Assembly: GCA_903821695.1 (NCBI GenBank) | Contig: CAIJLX010000053.1 | Coordinates: 13,826 to 77,825 of the forward strand | Length of the DNA stretch: 64,000 nt | DNA from: an uncultured Alphaproteobacteria bacterium | GTDB lineage: Bacteria; Pseudomonadota; Alphaproteobacteria; Rickettsiales; CAIJLX01 | Reading direction: 5' to 3' | Part shown: positions 44,092-53,319 of the stretch, in pieces | Position numbering within the stretch: position 1 is the first letter of the stretch | Layout: each line of letters starts with the position of its first letter | Made by a program: the position numbers and the translations under genes | Notes under the pieces: generated by a model | Told to the model about the DNA's origin: nothing | Databases searched by the model: none | Seen by the model: only the letters and a program-made list of their open reading frames with translations

Positions 44092-47000
44092 AATACGTGC
44101 GCGGCGGAAATGCGAGCGCAAAATTCCCGCGGATATAATCCAAGTTCGGATTGTAATAAGGATCAGTCTGCAAAAACTCTCCCCATTTATTGCGCATGAA
44201 GTTTACCTCTTTGAGGGCGCGTGCTTTCTTAGCCGGCGTATCTTCCTTGCCACGGCTAACAGACTCATGGTGAATTAATTCAGCGAAAGGAGTCCAAATA
44301 ATTTTGTAACCCGCCTTACGAATTTTTAGACAGAAATCGACATCATTAAATGCAACCGGCAAGTTTTCTGCATCTAATCCACCCACTTCATCAAACACAT
44401 CGCGCCGCACTAACATGCAGGCTGCGGTTACGCCAGAAAGTTGTTGGGTCACAATGCCACGCGCAAAATAACCGGCATCTTCTTTAGTAAGACTCACAAA
44501 TAAATGCCCGGCTACCGCATGGTCCGGCCCACCCAATCCCGTTAACACACCGCCATGCTGCACTGTGCCATTTGGGTAATAAAGTTTCGCGCCAACCGCA
44601 CCCACTTCTGGCCGCATAACATGCGAAACCATTTCGGTTAGCCAGCAACGCTGCTCATTATGCATCACCTCAATATCATTATTAATCAGCCCAATAATAT
44701 CGCCCTTGGTTTGCTCCGCTGCAAAATTATTGATCGCCGAATAATTAAACGGATGATTATATTGAACCACTCGCACCCGCGCATCTTGCTGTTGAATTTT
44801 ATCAAAATAAGCCAAAACTCTAGGATCATCGCTTTGATTATCTACAATCAAAATCTCATAATTCACATAGCGTGTTTTTTTCAAAATACTCGAAACACAC
44901 ACCGATAAAACATCCAAGCCATTGCGGGTTGGAATAATCAAACTTACTAACGGTAATTGCTCTGGCAGTGGCCACACCACACGCAGCGAACCCGGAATAA
45001 AAGTTGGCGCTAATTCTATTTTCATTCCAGGGTAGGTACGCGCAAAATGTTCATATAGCGCCTTTTGCGCGGCAGTGCCTGCATATGATTTTTCATTCAG
45101 CGCAATCGAGGTTGAACCCGGAATCGAACGCCAGTGATAAAGCACATAAGGCAAATGAACAATTTGGTTTTCCTTCACCTGTTCTAGGCAACGCAGTGCC
45201 AAATCATAATCTTGACTGCCTTCAAATCCTTTGCGGAAGCCACCGAATTTTTCCATCAGTGAGCGGCGATAAACACCAAGATGGCTGAACATGTTGTGGG
45301 CATAGAATAAGTCGGTATTCCAATCCGATTTGAAATAAGCTGAATAACGCTTACCTTCGGTATCAATTTTATCTTCGTCGCTATACAGCATCATCGCATC
45401 CGGATGCTGATTAACAGCTTCTGCTACTCGCAACAATGCTTCCGGCGATAACACATCATCATGATCCATCAACGCAACAAACTCACCACATGCTAGTGTT
45501 AGTGCACTATTTGAAGATTCAGAAATATGTCCATTTTTTTCACGGAAGATCACTTTGATGCGTGCATCTTCCTTCATCAGTTGTTCAAGTAGCGGTCGAA
45601 TATGCGGCGCTGGCGAAGCATCATCGGCAATACATAATTCCCAATGCGGATAAAGTTGTGCTTGCACCGACTCAACCGCCAGCCGCAACCATTTTTCCTC
45701 TACATTATATATCGGCATCAACACCGAAATGAGCGGCTTTTGTTTTAATTGCTCTAACTGTTTTTCTATCTTCGTGCGGCGTTGAGGTGTTAATGTTTCA
45801 TAGCGGCGGATCCACTCATGGTAATTAGGATGCACCACACCCGATCCACCTGGATTTGGCAAACCCAACAATATATTCTTTAATCCGACAACTCCTTTTT
45901 GGCGCAAAATACCATAAGCCGTTTTATAACTTTGCAGCCTAAAAAATTTGCGCCAGTTGCGCGCGACTCTTACCACCATACGTAGTGGACCTGTGATTTT
46001 CCATGAAGTCGAATTAAGAATCGCATTAATGTCTTGTGTTATAATCGCGTTGTGCTGAGTCAGAGCAGTGACGTGGTTTTTTAAGTTCGCGGCCTGTATA
46101 TCCATCTCCATAAGATGTTCAGACATTGTCTTTGCCTGCATTATGCTCTCAAGAAATATACCTTGTGCAAAAACAAGCATCGGAAGTTTTTCCGGCTGTG
46201 CATTGATATAGGAGCGCAAGGCGCGATAGTGGTTTTTATAGAATGGCGTTTGAGTGCTCATTCGCGCAGGCAATTCACGGTAATAAAAACTCGGTTCTGG
46301 CGATATCTCCATGCGATGGTTGTTTAATACTGCTTTGCTGAATAATTCCCAATCTTCATAACCCACACCGTAATCTTCGGTGAATCCGCCAAGAGCTTGG
46401 AAGGTGCTTTTCTTCCAGAGAGCATTTGCGTCGCCAAAAACATTACTAAAAAAACCAGACTGTGCATCACCACCCAACGGGCAGAAAATCCCTTCATCCT
46501 TTTCGACTGAAGATTGAAATATCCGCATGGCGGTTGTTACAATGTCTGCCTGCGTGCGTTGCGCTACAGTCACAAGTTGAGCGATTTCATGCGGCATGGC
46601 GACGTTGTCATCATCCATAAATAAAATATATTCGCCGCTTGCTGCTTTTGCGCCGGTGTTGCGTGCGGCACCGAGATATTTATTTTCCTGTACAATCACT
46701 CGCACATTTTGTGCTTCAATTTCTTGCAAGGTTTTTGCAACATTCTCTTCTGTGCTGCCATCATCGATTACGATGATTTCAATGTTTGAATAGGTTTGTT
46801 TTTGAATTGATTGCAGCGCTTCTTTCACCATCTGTGGGCGATTATAATGGGTAATGCAGACTGAAACTTTCGGTGTGCCAGATAGTGCCACGATTTCGGT
46901 CTCACGCTTCCAGAATTGTTGTTCTGGATAATGTTCCAACCCTTTTTTCAAAAACTCACATTCTTCTACCAGCGCATAACAACGCTGTTCCATAAAATGT

Positions 47001-47425
47001 GCTTCTAGCATCGAGATGCTGTTAAATGCCTGAGCATGCGCCAATGCATATTGCAAGGTTGGCGCACAGATCCAAAGCGCAAATGAAACGGATTCAAATT
47101 GTCCAAGTGCGTGGCGCGCTTGTAAGGCATAATAGCCTACACCGCCGTGATCTACCAAAAACACCTGGGTAATTTCTTTTTGCTCTTTCAGCCATAAGTA
47201 AAAACTATATGCCTCCGCACGAGCGGGTGACATATGTTTAAGCGAAGCATTTATCGGTACTTCCACTAGCGTATCTTCTGCTTTCAACAGTGTTTTAAAA
47301 TCGTGCGCACTTGCGCCGATGACAAATAAGGTGAATGCTGGTAATTGCGAGAGATGGCGTTGCAGTTCTACATCCGGAAATGGCATTTGTGCCGAAATTA
47401 CAACTACGCTTGCCATGAGAACCAC
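44084..47425 (-). CDS. Multidomain glycosyltransferase (1113 aa): unknown N-domain, GT2, coiled coil, GT2, GT2
   Basis: Three GT2 signatures: VSVCITHYNRP...IIVIDDGST, ISVLMPIYNVE...CIADDASP, VSLIIPTRNG...ILIVDNQSDD. There is also a coiled coil followed by SWKITGPLR. The start is GTG 47425 or ATG 47416. Confidence 0.85.
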   Translation of the reverse strand: MVLMASVVVISAQMPFPDVELQRHLSQLPAFTLFVIGASAHDFKTLLKAEDTLVEVPINASLKHMSPARAEAYSFYLWLKEQKEITQVFLVDHGGVGYYALQARHALGQFESVSFALWICAPTLQYALAHAQAFNSISMLEAHFMEQRCYALVEECEFLKKGLEHYPEQQFWKRETEIVALSGTPKVSVCITHYNRPQMVKEALQSIQKQTYSNIEIIVIDDGSTEENVAKTLQEIEAQNVRVIVQENKYLGAARNTGAKAASGEYILFMDDDNVAMPHEIAQLVTVAQRTQADIVTTAMRIFQSSVEKDEGIFCPLGGDAQSGFFSNVFGDANALWKKSTFQALGGFTEDYGVGYEDWELFSKAVLNNHRMEISPEPSFYYRELPARMSTQTPFYKNHYRALRSYINAQPEKLPMLVFAQGIFLESIMQAKTMSEHLMEMDIQAANLKNHVTALTQHNAIITQDINAILNSTSWKITGPLRMVVRVARNWRKFFRLQSYKTAYGILRQKGVVGLKNILLGLPNPGGSGVVHPNYHEWIRRYETLTPQRRTKIEKQLEQLKQKPLISVLMPIYNVEEKWLRLAVESVQAQLYPHWELCIADDASPAPHIRPLLEQLMKEDARIKVIFREKNGHISESSNSALTLACGEFVALMDHDDVLSPEALLRVAEAVNQHPDAMMLYSDEDKIDTEGKRYSAYFKSDWNTDLFYAHNMFSHLGVYRRSLMEKFGGFRKGFEGSQDYDLALRCLEQVKENQIVHLPYVLYHWRSIPGSTSIALNEKSYAGTAAQKALYEHFARTYPGMKIELAPTFIPGSLRVVWPLPEQLPLVSLIIPTRNGLDVLSVCVSSILKKTRYVNYEILIVDNQSDDPRVLAYFDKIQQQDARVRVVQYNHPFNYSAINNFAAEQTKGDIIGLINNDIEVMHNEQRCWLTEMVSHVMRPEVGAVGAKLYYPNGTVQHGGVLTGLGGPDHAVAGHLFVSLTKEDAGYFARGIVTQQLSGVTAACMLVRRDVFDEVGGLDAENLPVAFNDVDFCLKIRKAGYKIIWTPFAELIHHESVSRGKEDTPAKKARALKEVNFMRNKWGEFLQTDPYYNPNLDYIRGNFALAFPPRTYSN

Positions 47426-48267
47426 TTTCGTTTTTTTGCTAATTCTGCTCGCAAATAATGCTCTGCTTTGCCTTTGGCAATCGCCATTTCTGCCGCTGGG
47501 GTTAAAATTGCCAGGAGGTCTTGGTGAATTTCAAGCGCTCTTTTTTCATTCACATTCGGCAGCATTTGGAAAAGCTCCATCACCCACGGCATGGCATCGG
47601 TGTTTGCTGGCGTTTGATGGTGGCGCAAGGATTTGGCGATAAAGGCATCTGCTTCTGCTTTTGGGAATGGCTTTGGTAAGTTTAGGCCACGGAAAAATTC
47701 TTCTGGGTTATTCAGCAATGCATCAAACTCTATAAAATGGCGCGTATGGTTTTTGGTTTCCACCATTATTTCTAGCATATAGCGCAGCCATAAAAGTAGG
47801 CCCTGCGGAACGCTAATTCCATCACGTTTATTCAGCGAATTTGCAACTTCGAGCGGATGACGATAAGGAACAATAAATATTGGTTCGACTTCTATCTCTT
47901 CAAATATTTGATGCCAAACTGGCATGAGCAGACACATGCGTGGGTCTTTAATCCCCAAAATCTCTGCCTTCGCAAAATCGCGTTTTAATATCTCAATCAG
48001 TTGCTTTTTGATCCGCACAACTTCAGGGTTATTTTCAAAACCAGCCGGCAGTGGCACTACATCTTGTGAATGCAGCCCGAAAACATTGAATATTTTTTCG
48101 TTTAGATGAATGACATCCGCATGTTCAAAAAAACCCTTCGGATTATCCTCCCGCGCGCCAAATAACCGATCGCCTAGTACTACCCCTTGCATTTCGGCAA
48201 GGGCCATGGCGACCGATGTGCCGCTACGGTGCATGCCAAGTACGATAATTGCCTGTTTTCTGCGCAT
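47404..48267 (-). CDS. Sulfotransferase-family protein
   Basis: PAPS 5'-phosphosulfate-binding-loop-like IIVLGMHRSGTS at the N-terminus. The stop overlaps the start of the downstream triple-GT2 gene. Confidence 0.7.
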   Translation of the reverse strand: MRRKQAIIVLGMHRSGTSVAMALAEMQGVVLGDRLFGAREDNPKGFFEHADVIHLNEKIFNVFGLHSQDVVPLPAGFENNPEVVRIKKQLIEILKRDFAKAEILGIKDPRMCLLMPVWHQIFEEIEVEPIFIVPYRHPLEVANSLNKRDGISVPQGLLLWLRYMLEIMVETKNHTRHFIEFDALLNNPEEFFRGLNLPKPFPKAEADAFIAKSLRHHQTPANTDAMPWVMELFQMLPNVNEKRALEIHQDLLAILTPAAEMAIAKGKAEHYLRAELAKKRKWFSWQA

Positions 48268-48326
48268 AGCGGGGCATCATACTTCGTGGTATTGAAGATG
48301 CAAGTGAACCTGTGCTATTAAAGGCC

Positions 48327-49256
48327 ATGACTCCACGCGAAATGATTATCCAGAAGTTCCTTAAAACCCAAGGGTTTGACAAAGCCGTGCGCCAGAAAAT
48401 GGGCAGCGATGCTTCATTCCGGAGCTATGAGCGGCTCTCTATGGGTGGCAAAACCTATATCTTGATGGATGCACCGCCACCGAAAGAGGATGTACGGCCT
48501 TTTATCAAAGTCTGTGATTATCTCTATAAAATGGGACTCTCTTCACCCGAGATTATGGCCGAGGATGTGAAGAACGGATTGCTCCTGCTCGAAGATTTTG
48601 GTGATGCGCGGTATAATGTATATTTGAAGGAACATCCGGAACAAGAGGAGTTGCTTTATACCAAGGCAGTCGAGGTTTTAGCGAAGCTGCATAAGCATCC
48701 GCCACTCGATGTGCCACCTTACGATGAAGCATTATTGATTGAGCATGCGGAACGATTCTTGGAATGGTATGTGCCGCATGTGCTTCAGCGTGAAGTGCCT
48801 CGGGAGGGATTTGTAGCGGCTTGGAAAGAGGTGCTAAAGAAACGTGATGCTGGTAAACCAGTGGTCGCTTTGTTTGATTTCCATGCCGATAATTTGATGT
48901 GGCTGCCGGATGAAAAAGTCGGGTTGCTTGATTTCCAAGATGCGCTGCTTGCACCACCTACTTATGATTTGGTTTCATTGCTGCAAGATTGCCGCCGCCC
49001 GGTCTCGCTCGCATTTGAGAAAAAGATGTTGGCGCATTATAAATCGCTTTCGGGTTTGGATTTAGATGCTTCCTACGCCATTATGGGTGCACAGCGGCAT
49101 ACACGGATTTTGGGAACATTTGTACGTCTCGCAGTGCGCGATCAGAAACCGCATTATTTGGAATGGGTGCCGCAGGAATGGCGCTACTTAAAACAAAATC
49201 TCGCTCACCCGGTATTACGGCCGCTTAAGAAATGGTTTGATGATAATGGGTTTTAA
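48327..49256 (+). CDS. Aminoglycoside-phosphotransferase-fold kinase (AmgK-like anomeric MurNAc/GlcNAc kinase)
   Basis: GSDASFRSYERL, FDFHADNLMW (HxDxxxxN) and LLDFQDA. It is paired with a MurU-like nucleotidyltransferase. Confidence 0.7.
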   Translation: MTPREMIIQKFLKTQGFDKAVRQKMGSDASFRSYERLSMGGKTYILMDAPPPKEDVRPFIKVCDYLYKMGLSSPEIMAEDVKNGLLLLEDFGDARYNVYLKEHPEQEELLYTKAVEVLAKLHKHPPLDVPPYDEALLIEHAERFLEWYVPHVLQREVPREGFVAAWKEVLKKRDAGKPVVALFDFHADNLMWLPDEKVGLLDFQDALLAPPTYDLVSLLQDCRRPVSLAFEKKMLAHYKSLSGLDLDASYAIMGAQRHTRILGTFVRLAVRDQKPHYLEWVPQEWRYLKQNLAHPVLRPLKKWFDDNGF

Positions 49257-49935
49257 GCCGCATACGGCGATGGTGTTTGCTGCTGGTTTAGGCAAGCGCA
49301 TGCAGCCACTCACCCTCACTACTCCAAAGCCACTGATTAGCGTTGCAGGCCGCACGATGTTAGATCGTGCGCTTGATCACCTGGTAAAAGCGGGTGTTCA
49401 AAAAGCGATTGTGAACACACATTATCTCGCCCAGCAAATTGATACGCATTTAAGAAACCGTACCGATATTGCGATTACGATTATTCATGAACCTGTATTG
49501 CTCGAAACCGGCGGTGGGTTGAAAAATGCACTGCCTCATTTGGGTAAAGATCCGATCTATGTCATTAATAGTGATATCGTGTGGCAGGATGATGTGACGC
49601 CTGCACTTACCAATTTAAGCACTCATTGGCGGAATGAAATGGAAGTGTTGTTGTTGCTCGTCGAACGCAAGAAAGCGGTTGGTTATGATGGCCAGGGTGA
49701 TTTTGGTTTAGAAAAAAATGCAGCGCTCACCCGACCTGAACCACCACGTCCGTTTGTGTTCGGTGGAGTACAGATGGTGAACCCGGAAATTGTTGCCAAC
49801 CACGCGGAGAAAATTTTCTCGCTCAATCACTATTACTTTAACAATCCAAAAGCATTTGGGGTTGTTCATGACGGACTATGGCTACATATCGGCACACCGG
49901 CGGGCTTGAAAGAAGCTGAGAAATATCTCGCCTAA
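49237..49935 (+). CDS. Sugar-1-phosphate nucleotidyltransferase (MurU-like)
   Basis: AMVFAAGLGKRMQPLTLTTPKPLI and ETGGGL. It overlaps the kinase gene. Confidence 0.7.
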   Translation: MMIMGFKPHTAMVFAAGLGKRMQPLTLTTPKPLISVAGRTMLDRALDHLVKAGVQKAIVNTHYLAQQIDTHLRNRTDIAITIIHEPVLLETGGGLKNALPHLGKDPIYVINSDIVWQDDVTPALTNLSTHWRNEMEVLLLLVERKKAVGYDGQGDFGLEKNAALTRPEPPRPFVFGGVQMVNPEIVANHAEKIFSLNHYYFNNPKAFGVVHDGLWLHIGTPAGLKEAEKYLA

Positions 49936-49936
49936 C

Positions 49937-50007
49937 GTCATTCCGGCGAAGGCCAGAATCCATCTTTCTTTGTATATCCTATGGATCCCGGCCTTCGCCG
50001 GGATGAC
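49937..50007. repeat. GC-rich palindromic intergenic element (27-nt arms, 17-nt spacer)
   Basis: GTCATTCCGGCGAAGGCCAGAATCCAT ... ATGGATCCCGGCCTTCGCCGGGATGAC. The arms are complementary at 24 of 27 positions. It lies between the convergent murU-like and greA genes. Confidence 0.8.
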
Positions 50008-50012
50008 AAAAT

Positions 50013-50486
50013 TTAGATATATTCCACTTTCACGATTTCGTAGCCTTTGTTTCCTTTGGGCGTATTGAACTCGATCGAGGTGCCTTGTTTTTTGCCGATG
50101 AGGGCGCGGGCCAAAGGAGAGACGATAGAGATAGCACCATTATCCAAATTAGCTTCGTATTCGCCGACGATTTGGTATTTCTTTTTTTCGTCGGTGTCTT
50201 CATCTACCAATGTAACGGTCGCACCAAATTTTACGGTGTCGCCGCTCATGGTTTTGGGGTCGATGACATCAGCGCGCGAGACTTTATCTTCTAAATCTTT
50301 GATATAGCTTTCGTTAAAGCCTTGTTTTTCTTTGGCAGCATGATACTCGGCATTTTCCGAGAGATCGCCATGGGCGCGCGCTTCGGAAATAGCTTCGATA
50401 ATCGCCGGGCGATCGATGGATCTACGTTGACGCAGTTCGGCTTCCATTTTGGCAAAGCCCTGAACCGTTATGGGAAACTTCTCCAT
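50013..50486 (-). CDS. greA: Transcription elongation factor GreA
   Basis: [35 protein letters not shown], and the ...YEIVKVEYI ending. Confidence 0.95.
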   Translation of the reverse strand: MEKFPITVQGFAKMEAELRQRRSIDRPAIIEAISEARAHGDLSENAEYHAAKEKQGFNESYIKDLEDKVSRADVIDPKTMSGDTVKFGATVTLVDEDTDEKKKYQIVGEYEANLDNGAISIVSPLARALIGKKQGTSIEFNTPKGNKGYEIVKVEYI

Positions 50487-50547
50487 ATTATAACTCTTCT
50501 TTAGTAAGTGTTGGGATGGCTAAAAGATAGCCGCAATGACCCGAAAG

Positions 50548-50820
50548 TCAAGCCGGGAAGCCATGTAGCTTGAAATAGACAAGCGCCGCAATCTGCACTG
50601 CTATGATGATATAAAGCCGCACCACAAATTTGCGTTTGGTCGTTTTGTGGCGAAAGAGTTTACGCGCGAGCAACATAGCAGGTGTTCCGCCGAGCAAGGT
50701 AAGCAGCAGCAATACGCCTTCGGGGATTCGCCAACCGCTATTGCGCGCAGCGGACTTATCCTTCCACATCAATAAAAACACCAATCCATTGGTCAGCAGC
50801 AGGGCGGAAAGTATATCCAT
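50548..50820 (-). CDS. DUF1294-family small membrane protein
   Basis: FLLMWKDKSAARNSGWRIPEGVLLL..LGG.PAMLLARKLFRHKTTK matches my recollection of DUF1294. Confidence 0.65.
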   Translation of the reverse strand: MDILSALLLTNGLVFLLMWKDKSAARNSGWRIPEGVLLLLTLLGGTPAMLLARKLFRHKTTKRKFVVRLYIIIAVQIAALVYFKLHGFPA

Positions 50821-50867
50821 TGTGTTTTGTCCGGCGTTTAATTATACAACAAGAAAAGGAGTCTCAG

Positions 50868-51308
50868 ATGTATCATGTGCTAGTGGTCGAGGCAAAGTTT
50901 TACGAACATATTTCGGCGAAATTGGCTGAAGGGGCTATTCAAGCGTTGGAGGCACAGGGCGCTACGTTTGAGCGCATCACCGTTCCCGGCGCTCTCGAAA
51001 TTCCTGGTGCGATTCGGTTTGCGATTAACAAAGAAAGATATGATGGGTTTATCGCGCTGGGCTGCGTGATCCGTGGTGAAACCAGTCATTATGATATCGT
51101 GGCCAATGAAAGCGCGCGTGGGTTACAGGAGCTTACACGCAGCTTTAATGTCGCGATTGGTAATGGCATTTTAACAGTAGAAAATGAAGCGCAAGCACTA
51201 GAGCGCGCTGATATGAAAAAGAAAGACAAAGGTGGCTTCGCGGCGAATGCTGTGTTGCAGATGATTGCACTGAAAAACCAGTTCACCATCAAACAAAAAA
51301 CCTATTAG
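50868..51308 (+). CDS. ribH: 6,7-dimethyl-8-ribityllumazine synthase
   Basis: VPGALEIPGAI, FIALGCVIRGETSHYDIVANESARGL, GNGILTVEN. AAGGAG RBS before ATG 50868. Confidence 0.9.
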   Translation: MYHVLVVEAKFYEHISAKLAEGAIQALEAQGATFERITVPGALEIPGAIRFAINKERYDGFIALGCVIRGETSHYDIVANESARGLQELTRSFNVAIGNGILTVENEAQALERADMKKKDKGGFAANAVLQMIALKNQFTIKQKTY

Positions 51309-51709
51309 TGGCAAACAGCTATCCCATCGCACTGAAAAAATACATGCGGCTTTATGCCGTGTTTCCACCGTTGCTCACCTTTGCACTTTATGGTTGGGAA
51401 AATTTCTCGCTCGGCTTTTGCATCGTGATCGCGCTGATTATGCATATTCTTTATTATGCGCGCGTGCGGAAATATTTTGTGGTCGTGGTGGGCGATGACA
51501 GTTTGCAACTATTTAATATTCTTGGCACGAAAGAAGAAATTGCATTTAGCGATCTCGTCGGGCCGCTGGTACGTGATTTATGGTTTGTGCGTTATTACAC
51601 GTTTTTGAACGCGAGCAAACCAAGTCAGAAATTGGTGATTACAAATTACATCGAGAACATTGAACAATGTCTTGCCGAAATTTCCGAAAAGCAGCGTACG
51701 TCGCACTAA
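51308..51709 (+). CDS. Hypothetical membrane protein (133 aa)
   Basis: The GTG start overlaps the ribH stop and there are two hydrophobic segments. No family recognised. Confidence 0.4.
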   Translation: MANSYPIALKKYMRLYAVFPPLLTFALYGWENFSLGFCIVIALIMHILYYARVRKYFVVVVGDDSLQLFNILGTKEEIAFSDLVGPLVRDLWFVRYYTFLNASKPSQKLVITNYIENIEQCLAEISEKQRTSH

Positions 51710-52167
51710 TTATGTTGGCGGCATGTAAAACGCAAGAAGTGCCGCTGTCACCACGCGCACAATTGGAAGAGCGTGCAAAACAGAATGATGCAGCTGCTAT
51801 GTTTGAACTCGGGCAAAAAGATTGCTGTGGCATTGGCGCTGGTAAAAATGAAGAGCGCGCCATTGCCTGGTTTTGCCAAGCGGCGCGGCAGAACCATGCA
51901 GGAGCAGAATTTGTATTGGGGCGGATGTATCAAGAAGATGGATTGCCATTGGTTGCGCAATCGATTTATCAGCCTGTGCGCGTACATAAAGATAATAGCG
52001 TTGCTTATGCCTGGTATAAAACGGCGGCGGCGCGTGGACATAAACTTGCCGAAACTTCGTTGGCGCTATTGAAGCGAACAATGAATAATACGCAGATGGA
52101 TCAGGGCGAAACACTGGCACTAGACCCACGCACTATTCCATGCCAATATCAGGGCCAGACCTTATGA
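51667..52167 (+). CDS. Sel1-repeat lipoprotein (Cys-containing)
   Basis: Lipobox IMLAAC. Sel1-like units AAAMFELGQKDCCGIGAGKNEERAIAWFCQAA and AGAEFVLGRMY. Confidence 0.7.
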   Translation: MSCRNFRKAAYVALIMLAACKTQEVPLSPRAQLEERAKQNDAAAMFELGQKDCCGIGAGKNEERAIAWFCQAARQNHAGAEFVLGRMYQEDGLPLVAQSIYQPVRVHKDNSVAYAWYKTAAARGHKLAETSLALLKRTMNNTQMDQGETLALDPRTIPCQYQGQTL

Positions 52168-52703
52168 AAAAAATATTACTCCTTTGTATCTGTGCGTTTT
52201 CGCTAGCAGGCTGCATCCAGAAAGCGGTACATCTCGCGCGCGAAACACCGGGCATGATGGATCGCGGGCTTATTTATAAAAACGCGATGGATGGCGATCC
52301 GGAAGCACAATATAACCTCGGCACAAATTACTGCTGTGGGCCAGGCGTTTTGCATGAGACGCCGCAAGCGCTCTATTGGTGGTGCCAAGCCGGGCGGCAG
52401 GGGCAGAAAGATGCATTGTATGAAATCGGCACATTGTTTGAAAATACGCGCCGCCTTGTAGGCAGTGAAATTCCGGTCGATCCGGCGAAGGCTTATGCGT
52501 ATTATTCACTGGCAGAAAAACATCATCATAAAGAAGCGGGGGTTTCGCGGGCGCGATTGGAGAAAACCCTTTCGCCTGAAGACCGCGATAAAGCAGATGA
52601 AATTATCCGCTTCTGGCCGAATATGGAATGCGAGCTTCCTTCGACCTTGCCAAAACCCGATCCGCTATGGATTCCTGACGAAAAGCGCCGTTCTACAATC
52701 TAG
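52164..52703 (+). CDS. Sel1-repeat lipoprotein (Cys-containing)
   Basis: MKKILLLCICAFSLAGC lipobox. PEAQYNLGTNYCCGPGVLHETPQALYWWCQAG. ATGA overlap with the upstream Sel1 gene. Confidence 0.7.
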   Translation: MKKILLLCICAFSLAGCIQKAVHLARETPGMMDRGLIYKNAMDGDPEAQYNLGTNYCCGPGVLHETPQALYWWCQAGRQGQKDALYEIGTLFENTRRLVGSEIPVDPAKAYAYYSLAEKHHHKEAGVSRARLEKTLSPEDRDKADEIIRFWPNMECELPSTLPKPDPLWIPDEKRRSTI

Positions 52704-52833
52704 GCGATTTCAAGGGGTTACCAAACCCTGCAAAAAATTAATGGTAGTGCGAGATTGTGGCAGTATTGAGGGGCCTATAAATGGCCTGTGGTTGAACACA
52801 ATCACTTAAACATTCAACAAAAGGACCCTATCC

Positions 52834-53019
52834 ATGAAAACTCTGATTTCTTCTTTGTTCGCTGTTGCACTGCTCGTTGCTTCTACTGGCGCATTCGCTG
52901 CTGGTGAAGTGACCGCTCCTAAAGTTGGCGCGACCAGCACAAAAGCTGTAAAACACAGCAAAGGCAAAAAACACCACAGCAAAAAAGCAGCTAAAACCGA
53001 AACTCCTGCTGCACAATAA
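52834..53019 (+). CDS. Small secreted Lys/His-rich protein (61 aa)
   Basis: Signal MKTLISSLFAVALLVASTGAFA. Mature part KAVKHSKGKKHHSKKAAK. AAAGGA RBS. Its 5' region and signal peptide are paralogous to the next gene. Confidence 0.55.
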   Translation: MKTLISSLFAVALLVASTGAFAAGEVTAPKVGATSTKAVKHSKGKKHHSKKAAKTETPAAQ

Positions 53020-53084
53020 TTCATTCCCTTGAATTCGAAATACTGCGCCTTGTCACTTACATTTAACAACAAAAGGATTCCATT

Positions 53085-53291
53085 ATGAAAAATCTTCTCT
53101 CCGCAATGTTCGCTGTTGCTATCCTCGCAACTTCCGCTGCCGCTTTCGCAGCTGATGCCGTTGCTACTCCTGAAGCTGTAAAAGCGCCCGCTAAAGTTGT
53201 AGTAAGCAAAGAAGTTAAAGCTGCTTGCCATAAAGAAGCTGGCAAAGACAAAGCGAAATTCAAAGCTTGCCTCGCTGAAAAAACGAAATAA
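53085..53291 (+). CDS. Small secreted Lys-rich protein (68 aa), PsiF-repeat-like
   Basis: Signal MKNLLSAMFAVAILATSAAAFA. KAACHKEAGKDKAKFKACLAEK resembles the PsiF C...C repeat. Confidence 0.55.
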   Translation: MKNLLSAMFAVAILATSAAAFAADAVATPEAVKAPAKVVVSKEVKAACHKEAGKDKAKFKACLAEKTK

Positions 53292-53319
53292 GTAACACTC
53301 TGGATTACTTATTAAATTT

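Noticed and set aside
52806-53231. 141-aa minus-strand ORF spanning the small-protein region.
   Set aside because: It lies antisense to two plus-strand genes that have RBSs, canonical signal peptides and a terminator. Its own sequence is low-complexity with no start context.
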